From NCBI GenBank assembly GCA_039630415.1, contig JBCNVB010000003.1, positions 1-64,000 on the forward strand: a DNA stretch of 64,000 nt. The letters run 5' to 3'. Positions 1 through 9,518 of the stretch are shown one piece after another. Every line of letters begins with the position of its first letter. Positions within the stretch are counted from its first letter, which is position 1. Both the position numbers and the translations under genes were made by a program. The notes beneath the pieces were generated by a model. The model searched no databases. It had not been told where the DNA came from and saw nothing but the letters and a program-made list of their open reading frames with translations. This DNA comes from a bacterium. Its GTDB lineage: Bacteria > DRYD01.

Positions 1-2
1 TA

Positions 3-383
3 ACAAATGAACTATCCTATAGACAATACATAGAAAATGAATGCCTATCAATAGCTTCCTCCAAAATAGAAACTATAATGTATAACTCTCACCTTCTAAC
101 TCTTAAAAAAGTAGCTGGAAATTACATCATATACAACCTCATAGATCAAAAAGAATTAAACTATAACTCTTCCTGGAACGTGTACGACTCCTTTAGAAAA
201 CACTATCAAAGCGGACATATACCCTACTACTTTAACATAAGCTATAGAGATTTTGGAATAGCTACTAGAATAAGAGTCTACAGTGTCCAAACTTTCTATA
301 CTGTTAGTGTATATTGTTACCATAGAAGTAATCCTCAAAGAAGATATAGCCTTACATCTATAATTAGAAGTAGATACCAATAA
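3..383 (+). CDS. C-terminal part of a pilin/pseudopilin-like hypothetical protein (5'-truncated by the window edge)
   Basis: The frame of ORF 78..383 stays open back to base 3 (TNELSYRQYIENECLSIASSKIETIM...). ECLSIA resembles NCLSIA in the PilV-like protein at 2669..3034. Confidence 0.5.
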   Translation, partial: TNELSYRQYIENECLSIASSKIETIMYNSHLLTLKKVAGNYIIYNLIDQKELNYNSSWNVYDSFRKHYQSGHIPYYFNISYRDFGIATRIRVYSVQTFYTVSVYCYHRSNPQRRYSLTSIIRSRYQ

Positions 384-419
384 CCAAAAACTTAGTAACC
401 AAAATCCAGATCTATTTGA

Positions 420-926
420 CTACTGTTCTACAGTGAAAATATAACTTTTTATCAGTTTTCCACGGTAAAAAACGAATATTTTAACTCTCATATAATATCT
501 GTTAACTTGTGGAGTATATTCCCAAGTGCATATGCTGTAAGAAAAAGTGGAATCTACTTTATTTTTGTACAGCTGATCCATAGTTATGTTGGTTCTAAGA
601 TTTGTAACACCTTGCATAGGATATGCTCCTAGATCATAGGTTTGCTGAGGTACTAGGGTAAGATCATTTCGAAAATTTAACGTTGAAGGGGGACTTATTT
701 CAATATTTGGAAAATTATTTATTCCCACTGATGATATGGAGCATAATGCATGTCTTGCAGCTGCCTGAGCTATACATTCTGCCTGTACCTCTAGAAAATT
801 GTTTTTTGTTATCAACATGGAAGTATGTAACCTATAGATTAACCCTCCAAATAGAATAAATACTATCAACATTATCACCATATAGATAAATAGAGCTAGG
901 CCTTTTTTCTTTGGTATGTTTCTCAT
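420..926 (-). CDS. PilX/GspK-like minor pilin
   Basis: Class III signal KKKG|LALFIYMVIML lacks Glu5, as in PilX/GspK. QAECIAQAA helix; last gene of the minor-pilin operon. Confidence 0.65.
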   Translation of the reverse strand: MRNIPKKKGLALFIYMVIMLIVFILFGGLIYRLHTSMLITKNNFLEVQAECIAQAAARHALCSISSVGINNFPNIEISPPSTLNFRNDLTLVPQQTYDLGAYPMQGVTNLRTNITMDQLYKNKVDSTFSYSICTWEYTPQVNRYYMRVKIFVFYRGKLIKSYIFTVEQ

Positions 927-2014
927 ATAGAAGGATTGACTATATTTTTAAGAGTTACTGTTCTTCTTATGAGGTATCTTTTATAACCATCTCCACCTAC
1001 CCCTGTCAAAGGATTTCTATCTAGTCCTATTAGGTTTTTAATTCTACTTTTTACCACTATTGTGTACTCAATCATAGCAACTTTATCTAAGTCTGAACTA
1101 TTAATGTTATTTTTCCAGTCAATATTACCTGAAGGTGTTGTATCTACTAGATTATCACCATCTGAATCTAATGCTAAACGAATATTGAAACTTTCTACAT
1201 TTGTCAACAAGGTTATCATATCAAAAGGATCACTGGGAATAAAAGTGTAGTTCATTATCGTTAATTCATTTCCTGGAGTTGAGAAAACTATACATCTGTA
1301 AAGGCTTTTAACTTTTATGAGTCTGACATTATTTAGTTGTGGTAGCTTGTTTACTATAGTTACATTCAAATTATTACCATACTTAGGTGTAGGTGAATGT
1401 AGAATTAAATTTTGATTATGAATAACTCCAGTTACATAAAAAACAACTCCTACTAATTTACCATTTGAATCTGGACAAAACATTATCACAGGATAAAGTG
1501 GAAAATTGTAATTGTTTTCTACTGGACTATACCATACTTCTCTTACATCTGGTATGTTATTATTATTTGAGTCTGTTGGATTTGAGAAGAAGTTGTTTGA
1601 GACTTGGATTTTATGAAGGTCTTGGCCTTGCAAATTTGTTGCATTTTTTATGTAAGCTAGCGAGTGGTCTAATGTCTCAATGAAATAGAAAAAAATCATA
1701 TCTCTGTCTTGGTTATTTATAAATTGGACATACCTTAATTGTTGTGCTATTTCTTCTTGTGATATTTGTCCGCTTTCAGTTACAAAGTATAGCTTCGAGA
1801 GAGGAATTCCTTCTGGGGTGGATGTATAACCAGCATTAGTAAAGTGATAATCAAGTATATTTATTGCAGTTTGAAGAGACATTTGAAACTGGGCTATTGT
1901 ATCTAGAGTTTTCGACACTTTCTTATAATAAATCAGTATACCAATCAAGAAAGAAAGAATGAGCATAAAAAGAGCAGAATATATCAATACTTCTACTAAA
2001 GTAAGACCTTTCAT
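923..2014 (-). CDS. PilW/GspJ-like minor pilin
   Basis: KG|LTLVEVL prepilin motif, NAGY motif after the helix, NVESFNIRLALDSDGD and C-terminal TVTLKN typical of PilW-like proteins. Confidence 0.75.
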   Translation of the reverse strand: MKGLTLVEVLIYSALFMLILSFLIGILIYYKKVSKTLDTIAQFQMSLQTAINILDYHFTNAGYTSTPEGIPLSKLYFVTESGQISQEEIAQQLRYVQFINNQDRDMIFFYFIETLDHSLAYIKNATNLQGQDLHKIQVSNNFFSNPTDSNNNNIPDVREVWYSPVENNYNFPLYPVIMFCPDSNGKLVGVVFYVTGVIHNQNLILHSPTPKYGNNLNVTIVNKLPQLNNVRLIKVKSLYRCIVFSTPGNELTIMNYTFIPSDPFDMITLLTNVESFNIRLALDSDGDNLVDTTPSGNIDWKNNINSSDLDKVAMIEYTIVVKSRIKNLIGLDRNPLTGVGGDGYKRYLIRRTVTLKNIVNPSI

Positions 2015-2649
2015 ATTCTTACTTTTAAGAGAGCTATATCTCCCCCTCTGGTCATTCTTATTACATACTGGTATCTATATTTTGGTGTTACTCTAGGATT
2101 TTGCAAATAGATGTAAGTTATTATTCCTTCATTTACTACTGAATTAGCGAAACCCAATCTATTGAAAGATATCAGAGTTATTTCTCCATTTTGAGGTATG
2201 TTTTCAGGTATTTCTTCGTTTTGATCTTGAGGTGGATTGGAAGATGAGTTGTCAGATGAGTTGTCAGAGGTGGTTGATAAAATAATCTCAACAGATACTC
2301 CTTTGCCTATCGTAACAAACCTAGACATTACAGTTCTACTATTTCTTAGATATCTTTGCCTATCCGGGAATGAATCTATTATTTTTTCATTTTGGTCTCT
2401 TGCTCTGTTTCCATTCTCATCTAAGAATAAAGTAAAAATTCCTGTTGTACGATCATAAACTATTGTGGTTTGGTATAGATTAAATATAGCTGACATTTTA
2501 GCTTTATATATGAGATTTACTAACCCTGTTGCATATAGATCATACTTTATTTTCTCAGGAATAAAAATTGGGAAAGAAAATGCTAAAATGATTAGGATTA
2601 CCATACAAACTACAGCTATTTCTAGCACAGAAAATCCCTTTTTTCTCAT
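2011..2649 (-). CDS. FimT/FimU/GspH-like minor pilin
   Basis: KKG|FSVLEIAVV prepilin motif; AKMSAI, FLDENGN..RD..E and ISFNRLG segments typical of GspH/FimT. Confidence 0.75.
   Translation of the reverse strand: MRKKGFSVLEIAVVCMVILIILAFSFPIFIPEKIKYDLYATGLVNLIYKAKMSAIFNLYQTTIVYDRTTGIFTLFLDENGNRARDQNEKIIDSFPDRQRYLRNSRTVMSRFVTIGKGVSVEIILSTTSDNSSDNSSSNPPQDQNEEIPENIPQNGEITLISFNRLGFANSVVNEGIITYIYLQNPRVTPKYRYQYVIRMTRGGDIALLKVRI
2242..2268. repeat. 12-bp in-frame tandem repeat (AGATGAGTTGTC x2 + AGA) encoding SDNS-SDNS in a low-complexity insert
   Basis: Read directly at 2242-2253, 2254-2265 and 2266-2268. Confidence 0.85.
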
Positions 2650-2668
2650 ATTAAATCAACTAGTTTAC

Positions 2669-3034
2669 CTATATTAAAGTTGTTAATTTAGCTCTAGTAT
2701 TCCTTATATTTCTGGAAAATACCGTTACTGTTAATTTTCTTAATCCCAGTACGGAAGTATAGTATCCATAGTTTTTTACTTCTATAACTACCTTATATCT
2801 AGCTATTCCTATGTTAAAATCACTGGTTTTATACATTTCGATTAATGAACCACGTGGGTAGTAGGAATACAGTTCAATATAGTTTTTAGCTATACTCAAA
2901 CAGTTTATAAGTTCTGTTTGTCTTGCTAAAGTGCTAGTAATACTAACTATACTCTGAATTATAAGGAATAAAGATATTAGTGATAAAGTTAATACTACTA
3001 ATATCTCACTTATTGTTATACCTTTTTTAAACAT
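2669..3034 (-). CDS. PilV/GspI-like minor pilin
   Basis: KKG|ITISEILVV prepilin motif; 121 aa; C-terminal LRKLTVTV...KLTTLI typical of GspI/PilV-like proteins. Confidence 0.7.
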   Translation of the reverse strand: MFKKGITISEILVVLTLSLISLFLIIQSIVSITSTLARQTELINCLSIAKNYIELYSYYPRGSLIEMYKTSDFNIGIARYKVVIEVKNYGYYTSVLGLRKLTVTVFSRNIRNTRAKLTTLI

Positions 3035-3058
3035 TTATATACAGGTAGATTTACTTAA

Positions 3059-5308
3059 TTACCTTAGTTCTTTCCAGCTAGTAATTCTTAGTGAAGTGAT
3101 TAATGCTTCATAGAAAACTTGTATCTTATTTATTTCTACTGTTGTATTTAGTCCACTAATCATTTGACCTGATAAATTTTGTACCATTGTTTTAAATGAT
3201 TGATTTGAAGTATTAAATTCTAATCTATAAACTAAGTGACTTCCCCTTATTCTGGGTTGATTTGTAGTAATCACTGTGTTATTTATTCTGTATCTTATAT
3301 AATTAGAGTTTGAAGGATATAGCTCAACATATATTTCAAGTGGAGAATTATCTGTGAAAAGATTATTTAATAAGTTTTGTGGTATATCGATTGATATATA
3401 CTCTGGTGAGTTATTGTTTATTCTATTAGATACTTTGATTGTAGTAGGTATATTATTGAAAGTTCCTACTATTCTTAAAGTTATTGATTTTATATAAAAT
3501 TGGCCACTATTGAAGTCAAATGATCTATTGGTTGTACCAGGTTTTTTAACTAGATCTTTACTTTCTACGATAAATCTATCTGCATTTACATAACTAATAC
3601 CGTTTTGTAAAAAGGTAAACAGAGTTTGGGCATGGTTTCCATCTGTTGCTATGAAATCACTAGAAGTTGGACCTGAAAAATTGATAATTGTTGCATCATC
3701 AAAATCTGCGTTTTGGTTATCGTTAGTTATTGCAAACTGACCCAAAAAGAGAGTCTTATATTTACCTGTTTGGGGGTTTCTAGTTATCAAAAATACTCTT
3801 CCACCAACTGCTGATAAACTAGCATTATTTCTATCTTGGTGAACTATTGTTAAATTGAATTGTTGGGTATTGTTTCCTATTCTTAAGTGTGTAGGTAAAA
3901 AGTGCCAATTATCTGTGGCTATCATTATATCTAATTCGCCATCTCTGTTAATATCAGCCAGAGACAATTGAGTTGCTCCACCGGTATATTCAGATACAGG
4001 GGATGAATTGTTAGGTCCTTTTTGAGTGGAAGGTCCCCTGTATTGACTATCTTCTATCCCTTGTCCTCTTATCACTACTGCTTGAGTCACATTTCCACTT
4101 TGATTTCTAGTAACTTGGCCGTCATATAAAATTAAATCGGGATTGCTTGTTACATTTCTATTTGTACCACCAAAATAAATATTTCCCTCATTTGTTAATT
4201 TACCGTAGTAGATATAGATTTTTGGACTGTCTGTAGTTGCTACTACCAAATCTACGATATTATCTTTATTAATATCTCCTAGATTGAGTACTTGTGCGCC
4301 ATTGTAGTTATTATCCATATCTCTAGTTGCTAGACCAGTGGTTACTAGTTTTATTGGAACACCAAATGATATTGAATTCTGTGTAGAAGTATTCGGTATT
4401 ACATATACGGCACCATCTGCAGATGCTACAACAATATCTTGCTTTCCATCATTGTTGTAATCAAATTTTTCAAGGTGGTAGGTATTAGTTGTTGGATTCC
4501 ATTTTTGATAAGAAGCTACTATGGATTTTGCGGTCCATTTTAAGTCTACTCTTGTTTGGCCCTGATTCCACGATGATTTGTCAATAATAATTTTTGAGAA
4601 GGAACCATTTGACTGTTGAGTAAAAACTTCAATTTCCTGTACTGTAGTTGGTACTTGATTATTTTCATTAGTCCTAACTGTAAATATGTCTGGTCTGTTA
4701 TCGTTATTAAAATCTCCAAGGGTTGAAACTATTCCTGCAGATGAATTCTCTTGATTTCTTACACGAATAACACTTACTGTATTACTGAATTTTTCTATTT
4801 TGTAAATCCCTCTTTTGAAGTCTACTCCCCATGCTGTTGAACCTGATATGTTGGGATCCCAATTGATTGAGGCTACGTAATTACCACCAGGATTTGTAAT
4901 AATAGGTTGTGAAAAGTTTATATCGTTTATTATTCTTGCGAATCTTAACGCATATTTTGTTCCTAAATGCATTACTTCCCAGGGATTGGGTACAGGATTA
5001 TTTCCAATTGAAGCACTGGCTTCTCTTAAAATACTATTAGTTCTTACATTATATGGATAAACTTGATTAAATCCTGAAGAAATTGGAAGATTGATTGTTG
5101 AAAACCTTAAATCTGTTACTCCTAGAAAAGAATTGTATTCTTGTATGTTTAATATGTTATTTTGAAAACTAGAAAAAGAATTATCATCTATTAAGAAACC
5201 TATACATTCTTCATTAACTCCTATATTGTTATTTATTATACCACCCTTTGAACTGTATAAACTTGTGACTACTAATAAAAAGCTAAGAAATACGGCCCTA
5301 CTTATCAC
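3059..5308 (-). CDS. Secreted FG-GAP/VCBS-repeat beta-propeller protein; putative pilus-tip adhesin (PilY1 analogue)
   Basis: N-terminal signal peptide; repeats GDFNNDNRPDI, DYNNDGKQDIVV, GDINKDNIVDLVV, ADINRDGELDIMI; first gene of the minor-pilin operon. Confidence 0.7.
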   Translation of the reverse strand: MISRAVFLSFLLVVTSLYSSKGGIINNNIGVNEECIGFLIDDNSFSSFQNNILNIQEYNSFLGVTDLRFSTINLPISSGFNQVYPYNVRTNSILREASASIGNNPVPNPWEVMHLGTKYALRFARIINDINFSQPIITNPGGNYVASINWDPNISGSTAWGVDFKRGIYKIEKFSNTVSVIRVRNQENSSAGIVSTLGDFNNDNRPDIFTVRTNENNQVPTTVQEIEVFTQQSNGSFSKIIIDKSSWNQGQTRVDLKWTAKSIVASYQKWNPTTNTYHLEKFDYNNDGKQDIVVASADGAVYVIPNTSTQNSISFGVPIKLVTTGLATRDMDNNYNGAQVLNLGDINKDNIVDLVVATTDSPKIYIYYGKLTNEGNIYFGGTNRNVTSNPDLILYDGQVTRNQSGNVTQAVVIRGQGIEDSQYRGPSTQKGPNNSSPVSEYTGGATQLSLADINRDGELDIMIATDNWHFLPTHLRIGNNTQQFNLTIVHQDRNNASLSAVGGRVFLITRNPQTGKYKTLFLGQFAITNDNQNADFDDATIINFSGPTSSDFIATDGNHAQTLFTFLQNGISYVNADRFIVESKDLVKKPGTTNRSFDFNSGQFYIKSITLRIVGTFNNIPTTIKVSNRINNNSPEYISIDIPQNLLNNLFTDNSPLEIYVELYPSNSNYIRYRINNTVITTNQPRIRGSHLVYRLEFNTSNQSFKTMVQNLSGQMISGLNTTVEINKIQVFYEALITSLRITSWKELR

Positions 5309-5325
5309 TCTGAGGCACCCTCAGA
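5309..5325 (-). promoter_or_regulatory. Hairpin TCTGAGG-gtg-CCTCAGA abutting the GTG start and containing the SD-like GAGGG
   Basis: Perfect 7-bp inverted repeat, 5309-5315 and 5319-5325. Confidence 0.5.
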
Positions 5326-5365
5326 TATTTATGTACAAAATTTATAAAACATCAAGTCAACTTAG

Positions 5366-5393
5366 TGTTAAAATTTTGTTAAAAGTGTTAAAA
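5366..5393. promoter_or_regulatory. TGTTAA direct repeats (TGTTAA-N5-TGTTAA plus a third copy); candidate OmpR/WalR-family box
   Basis: TGTTAAAA at 5366, 5377 and 5386, next to a TTGACT on the minus strand (5360-5355). Confidence 0.4.
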
Positions 5394-5413
5394 AATGAAA
5401 ACAATTTCTGCAA

Positions 5414-6631
5414 TCAAAACTGCTCGAAAAATTCTCTATGTAATGCCTTTATAGTTGTAACAACAAATCTATTGGGTATCAACAGTGATACACTTATATG
5501 TGAATCCTGGGCTTGAAGAATAAAAACTTTTTCTCTTGAAAGAGCCTTATTAATCCTATACATTATCCCTGGCTTTCCTCTCATATTGTATCCTATCACA
5601 CTAACCTTACATAGATTCTTTACTATTCTAAAATTCAAATATAGCCTTTTCAAAATACTCTTAATTTTATCTACTTGATTGGCATCTACAACAAAAGATG
5701 CTATATTGTTTAGAATATCTAAGTTTATGAAATCCAGACTTATTTGATTTTCATAGATTGATTTAAGTGAAATGTCTAAAATGTGAGTTTTTGTTTTTAT
5801 TTGAGGGGGAAGAAAAATGAAAAACTTTGTTACATTCTCCTTGACTGATATATTGCTCACAATGTTATCGGGTATAATTTCATTACTACTGTATGTATAT
5901 TCTTGTGAGTAAATAGAACGTATAAATACTTTAATGTTAGCTTTTTGAATAATGTTGACAGCATCTGGGTTAATAACTGGATTACCGTTGTAAGTAGCCT
6001 CTGCTAATTCGTCTATGTGACATTTACGTATTGTAAGACTATTTGGAACTATATTTGGTGGTGCACTTTTTAAACCATCTACATCTTTTATTACATGTAC
6101 TTCTTTGCTTTTTAATTTTTGAGCTATATAGGTAGCTGTTATATCACTTCCTCCTCTTTTTAATGTTGTTATATATCCTCCTTTGCTAACCCCCTGAAAA
6201 CCACATACAACTGCAGTAAATTTATTATCGATTAATCTTAATAAATTATCAATCTCTAGGTCTATTATTTCAGCTTCTATAGCTTTATCAGTAGTTATTA
6301 TCCCCGCTTGGTAAGCGTTCAAGGGAATTGCTCTAAATTGTGGATTAATATAGTTTATGGCAAAAGCTAGTAAACCTGTAGCTATATTCTCCCCACATGA
6401 TATAACAAAGGATTTAGATAGGTCCATAAGAATATTGCTATTACTTGACATATCACTGAACAATTTTATAAGCTCATCTGTTGAGTAGGGATAAGGGGAT
6501 CTCCCTATTGCTGAAACAACTATAACAGTTTTGTATGGTTCAAAATTATTCACAATAAAGCGAGCTATATCAAGTAGGTTCTCTTTCCTAAAAGTACTTC
6601 CACCTATTTTTACAACTCTTATATCTCCCAT
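5414..6631 (-). CDS. Aspartate kinase (DapG/LysC type) with ACT domains
   Basis: VVKIGGS, VVSAIGR..PYSTDEL, GFQG...TTLKRGGSDITA, KDVDG; C-terminal ACT repeat KVSVIG..MRGKPGI. Confidence 0.9.
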   Translation of the reverse strand: MGDIRVVKIGGSTFRKENLLDIARFIVNNFEPYKTVIVVSAIGRSPYPYSTDELIKLFSDMSSNSNILMDLSKSFVISCGENIATGLLAFAINYINPQFRAIPLNAYQAGIITTDKAIEAEIIDLEIDNLLRLIDNKFTAVVCGFQGVSKGGYITTLKRGGSDITATYIAQKLKSKEVHVIKDVDGLKSAPPNIVPNSLTIRKCHIDELAEATYNGNPVINPDAVNIIQKANIKVFIRSIYSQEYTYSSNEIIPDNIVSNISVKENVTKFFIFLPPQIKTKTHILDISLKSIYENQISLDFINLDILNNIASFVVDANQVDKIKSILKRLYLNFRIVKNLCKVSVIGYNMRGKPGIMYRINKALSREKVFILQAQDSHISVSLLIPNRFVVTTIKALHREFFEQF

Positions 6632-6637
6632 TTTACC

Positions 6638-8089
6638 TCAGGACCTTAATTTACTATATTTATTTAACGTAAAGATCTGTACTTCGTACGAGTTTAATAT
6701 CACATGCAGACTACTAAGGTTCCTTTTATAAACTCTACCTGATAACAACTCGATTATCTCCAATTCCCCCTCGATAGGTATATTTACTATACCTTGACTA
6801 TAAAAACCTGACAGATTGGTAACTATCAGGATAAAATTATTATAACCCAAGTAACCATAACTAATCAGGTTACTAGCAGTATGATCAAAAATATTATCTA
6901 CTTTGAATACTGCAAACTTACCCTTTTCAAATAAATCTCTATACTCTTGATATATGCTAAGAATTTTGGAGTAATGCGGAACAAATTTGTATTGATCTGT
7001 GTATCTAAGAAGATGAATCGGTATTTTAATACTTTGTCCTTCAAATTGTTCCCAATATATCATTTTCAAACCAGGACATGTAAGGAATAAAGTAATTATA
7101 GGTAAACTATTGTCCTGACTTATTTTGCTGGCTATTCTTTCTTCATCATGATTCTCTAAAAATCTTACCATCCTTTTTTGTATAGATAAATCTTTGCAAA
7201 TCAATTTTTTGATTAGTCTATGATTCATTTGATATACCCCATCTAAGAAAGTTTTATCGTATACATAATCAAATCCTAATGATAAAAGAGTTTCTTCGGT
7301 ATTCCAGTAACATTCAGCAATCAACTCTAAATCTACTGAATTTGACACCAATTCCCAAAACTCTTGTATGTTATCTAGGTTTTCAGTTTGTATGAAAGCA
7401 TTCCAATTTTTATAGAAGATATTTTTTAGCAAAAGCATAGACATATCAACTCTAACACCATCAGCGTACTTTGATATACTTTTGAGTATATCAATTAGTA
7501 GTTTTTGAGTTTTATCACAAAATATGTTTACCTGTAGAGTATCTATCCAGGGTGGGAAATTAGGATCTTTTCCATAAGCTATGTACCTGAAGCTTTCACC
7601 TTGTTGAAAGATATGGAAAAGATCAGGATTTATTTTGTATTTTTCGAAATCAACTTCTATAAATATGCCTTCGGATAGATAAATGTTATCAAGTGAAAAG
7701 TGGTTGGGAACAAAATCCAAAATAAGCTTTACTCCCATGTCATTTAAAACCTTTTTTACCTTCAATAAATCTTCAAATGTTCCAATAACTGGATCAGGAA
7801 CATAAGCTTGTATAGCATAGGGAGAACCTAAAATATCTTCTTCAGTTAAACCTGGAAATAAGCTCAAATAATTCTTTATGTTTCTTATTGCTATTTTCTT
7901 CGACAAAGGACTTCTTTTCCAAACTCCCATTAACCATACATACTTCACTGTCCCATTATATGTTAAACTCTTCCATTCTTCCTTTGGTATTTCCCCTATT
8001 TTCATCAGGCTTCTTATACCTTCATACTTCCCTTTGTATTTAAGCGTCATTTTATACAAAAAATTTACAGTATTTATTTCTAAAATCAT
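6638..8089 (-). CDS. GH13 alpha-amylase family glycoside hydrolase
   Basis: LILDFVPNH, DGVRVD, IAECYW and RFLENHDE conserved regions I-IV. Confidence 0.9.
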   Translation of the reverse strand: MILEINTVNFLYKMTLKYKGKYEGIRSLMKIGEIPKEEWKSLTYNGTVKYVWLMGVWKRSPLSKKIAIRNIKNYLSLFPGLTEEDILGSPYAIQAYVPDPVIGTFEDLLKVKKVLNDMGVKLILDFVPNHFSLDNIYLSEGIFIEVDFEKYKINPDLFHIFQQGESFRYIAYGKDPNFPPWIDTLQVNIFCDKTQKLLIDILKSISKYADGVRVDMSMLLLKNIFYKNWNAFIQTENLDNIQEFWELVSNSVDLELIAECYWNTEETLLSLGFDYVYDKTFLDGVYQMNHRLIKKLICKDLSIQKRMVRFLENHDEERIASKISQDNSLPIITLFLTCPGLKMIYWEQFEGQSIKIPIHLLRYTDQYKFVPHYSKILSIYQEYRDLFEKGKFAVFKVDNIFDHTASNLISYGYLGYNNFILIVTNLSGFYSQGIVNIPIEGELEIIELLSGRVYKRNLSSLHVILNSYEVQIFTLNKYSKLRS

Positions 8090-8095
8090 ACTGCG

Positions 8096-9019
8096 TCATG
8101 CCATGTTTTTTTTCCTTAGAAAGTCAAATATCTTACTTTCTAGATTGTCATCTGTAAAAAATTCAAAGAGTTTTACGCTATTTTTTTGACATATTTTTCT
8201 TAGCTTTTGTAATTTTTCTTGGGATCTTTTTTGAAACTCACGTGATATATTACTATCTATCTCAAACGATTTTATAGCATTTGTCATAGGATCTTTAAAA
8301 GTTATATTTCCTACTTCTGGTAAGTAAATTTCACTTTTATCACTTATTTTGAACACATAAACTTCATTATTTTTAATTTTTTTAAGAGCTCTCAGATATT
8401 TGTCAAACAAGTCTTCACTTGGTATATCTATCAAACTAGAGAAAATTAGTATAGTTGCTGTCCTTTTTATGTACTGATTAGCAACCTTTAAAAGGTTAAC
8501 TATATTACTTCTTGCTCCCATATATTTTTCTTTATTTTTTTTGAAATCTTGGCTTATGTTATTCAGAAAATTCAGTATTTTAAAAATCTGAGATAAATTT
8601 TTATAAGGTTTGAAAAAAGCCAGTTCTTGTTTGAAAGATATAATTGCTCCAAATCTTTCATGTAGACTCTGAGAAAGATTTATGAAAATTGCTACTAACT
8701 CTTGCAATAAATCAATTTTCAACTTAGATTTGGTCCCAAAAAACATTGAGCTATCTAGGTCAATAACTGCATATATTGGTATTTCTCTCTCTTCTTGAAA
8801 ATTTCTAACAAATAAACCATTCATTCTAGCACTCACGTTCCAATCTATATATCTTGGATCATCACCTTCTATGTATTCTCTAATATCGACAAACTCAACT
8901 CCACTACCTTTGAATATAGATCTATTTTGACCCAAAATTAACCTATTGGAATACTTTTTACATAGCTTAAGTAGATACTTGGGTAAATTAGAAAAGTTAG
9001 CTTTTATTTTATTCAGCAT
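8096..9019 (-). CDS. DUF58 family protein (vWA-like, MoxR-associated family)
   Basis: GSGVEFVDIREYIEGDDPRYIDWNVSAR signature. Confidence 0.9.
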   Translation of the reverse strand: MLNKIKANFSNLPKYLLKLCKKYSNRLILGQNRSIFKGSGVEFVDIREYIEGDDPRYIDWNVSARMNGLFVRNFQEEREIPIYAVIDLDSSMFFGTKSKLKIDLLQELVAIFINLSQSLHERFGAIISFKQELAFFKPYKNLSQIFKILNFLNNISQDFKKNKEKYMGARSNIVNLLKVANQYIKRTATILIFSSLIDIPSEDLFDKYLRALKKIKNNEVYVFKISDKSEIYLPEVGNITFKDPMTNAIKSFEIDSNISREFQKRSQEKLQKLRKICQKNSVKLFEFFTDDNLESKIFDFLRKKNMA

Positions 9020-9504
9020 TAAAGTGAATTTTGTTTAAGTAAGATGATCGGATCTCCTTCTTTTACAAAACTGGAATTATTAACTAATATTTTTTTGACT
9101 ACACCTGAGTAAGGACTTTCTATTTCATTAAGTACTTTCATGGATTCTATTATGCACACTACTTGTCCTTTTGTTATTGTCTGGCCTTCGGTTACAAAAG
9201 GTTCTGCTCCTGGAAAAGGAGAAGTGTAAAAATTACCGCTTATTGGAGCCTTTATATAAACAGTATCTTCTTCTATATCTTCTATCTCCTCTTGCCTTTC
9301 AAACCTTTCTGTAGTATCAAGTATGTCATCATCAATATTTTTGTCCTCTTTATTCACCCTTCTTTTTAAATGAACTCTTAAAGATATATTACTTTCATTC
9401 TTTACATATACAACTTCTAGTTCTTGTAAATCTTGTTGATCAAAGATTTCTATAAGTTTCTTTACTATCTCTCTTGACATTTCTATGGTATCTATACTAT
9501 GCAT
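9019..9504 (-). CDS. accB: Acetyl-CoA carboxylase biotin carboxyl carrier protein
   Basis: APISGNFY.SP.PG..PFV, IIESMKVLNEI biotinylation motif. Confidence 0.9.
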   Translation of the reverse strand: MHSIDTIEMSREIVKKLIEIFDQQDLQELEVVYVKNESNISLRVHLKRRVNKEDKNIDDDILDTTERFERQEEIEDIEEDTVYIKAPISGNFYTSPFPGAEPFVTEGQTITKGQVVCIIESMKVLNEIESPYSGVVKKILVNNSSFVKEGDPIILLKQNSL

Positions 9505-9518
9505 AAGTTACTTGATTT

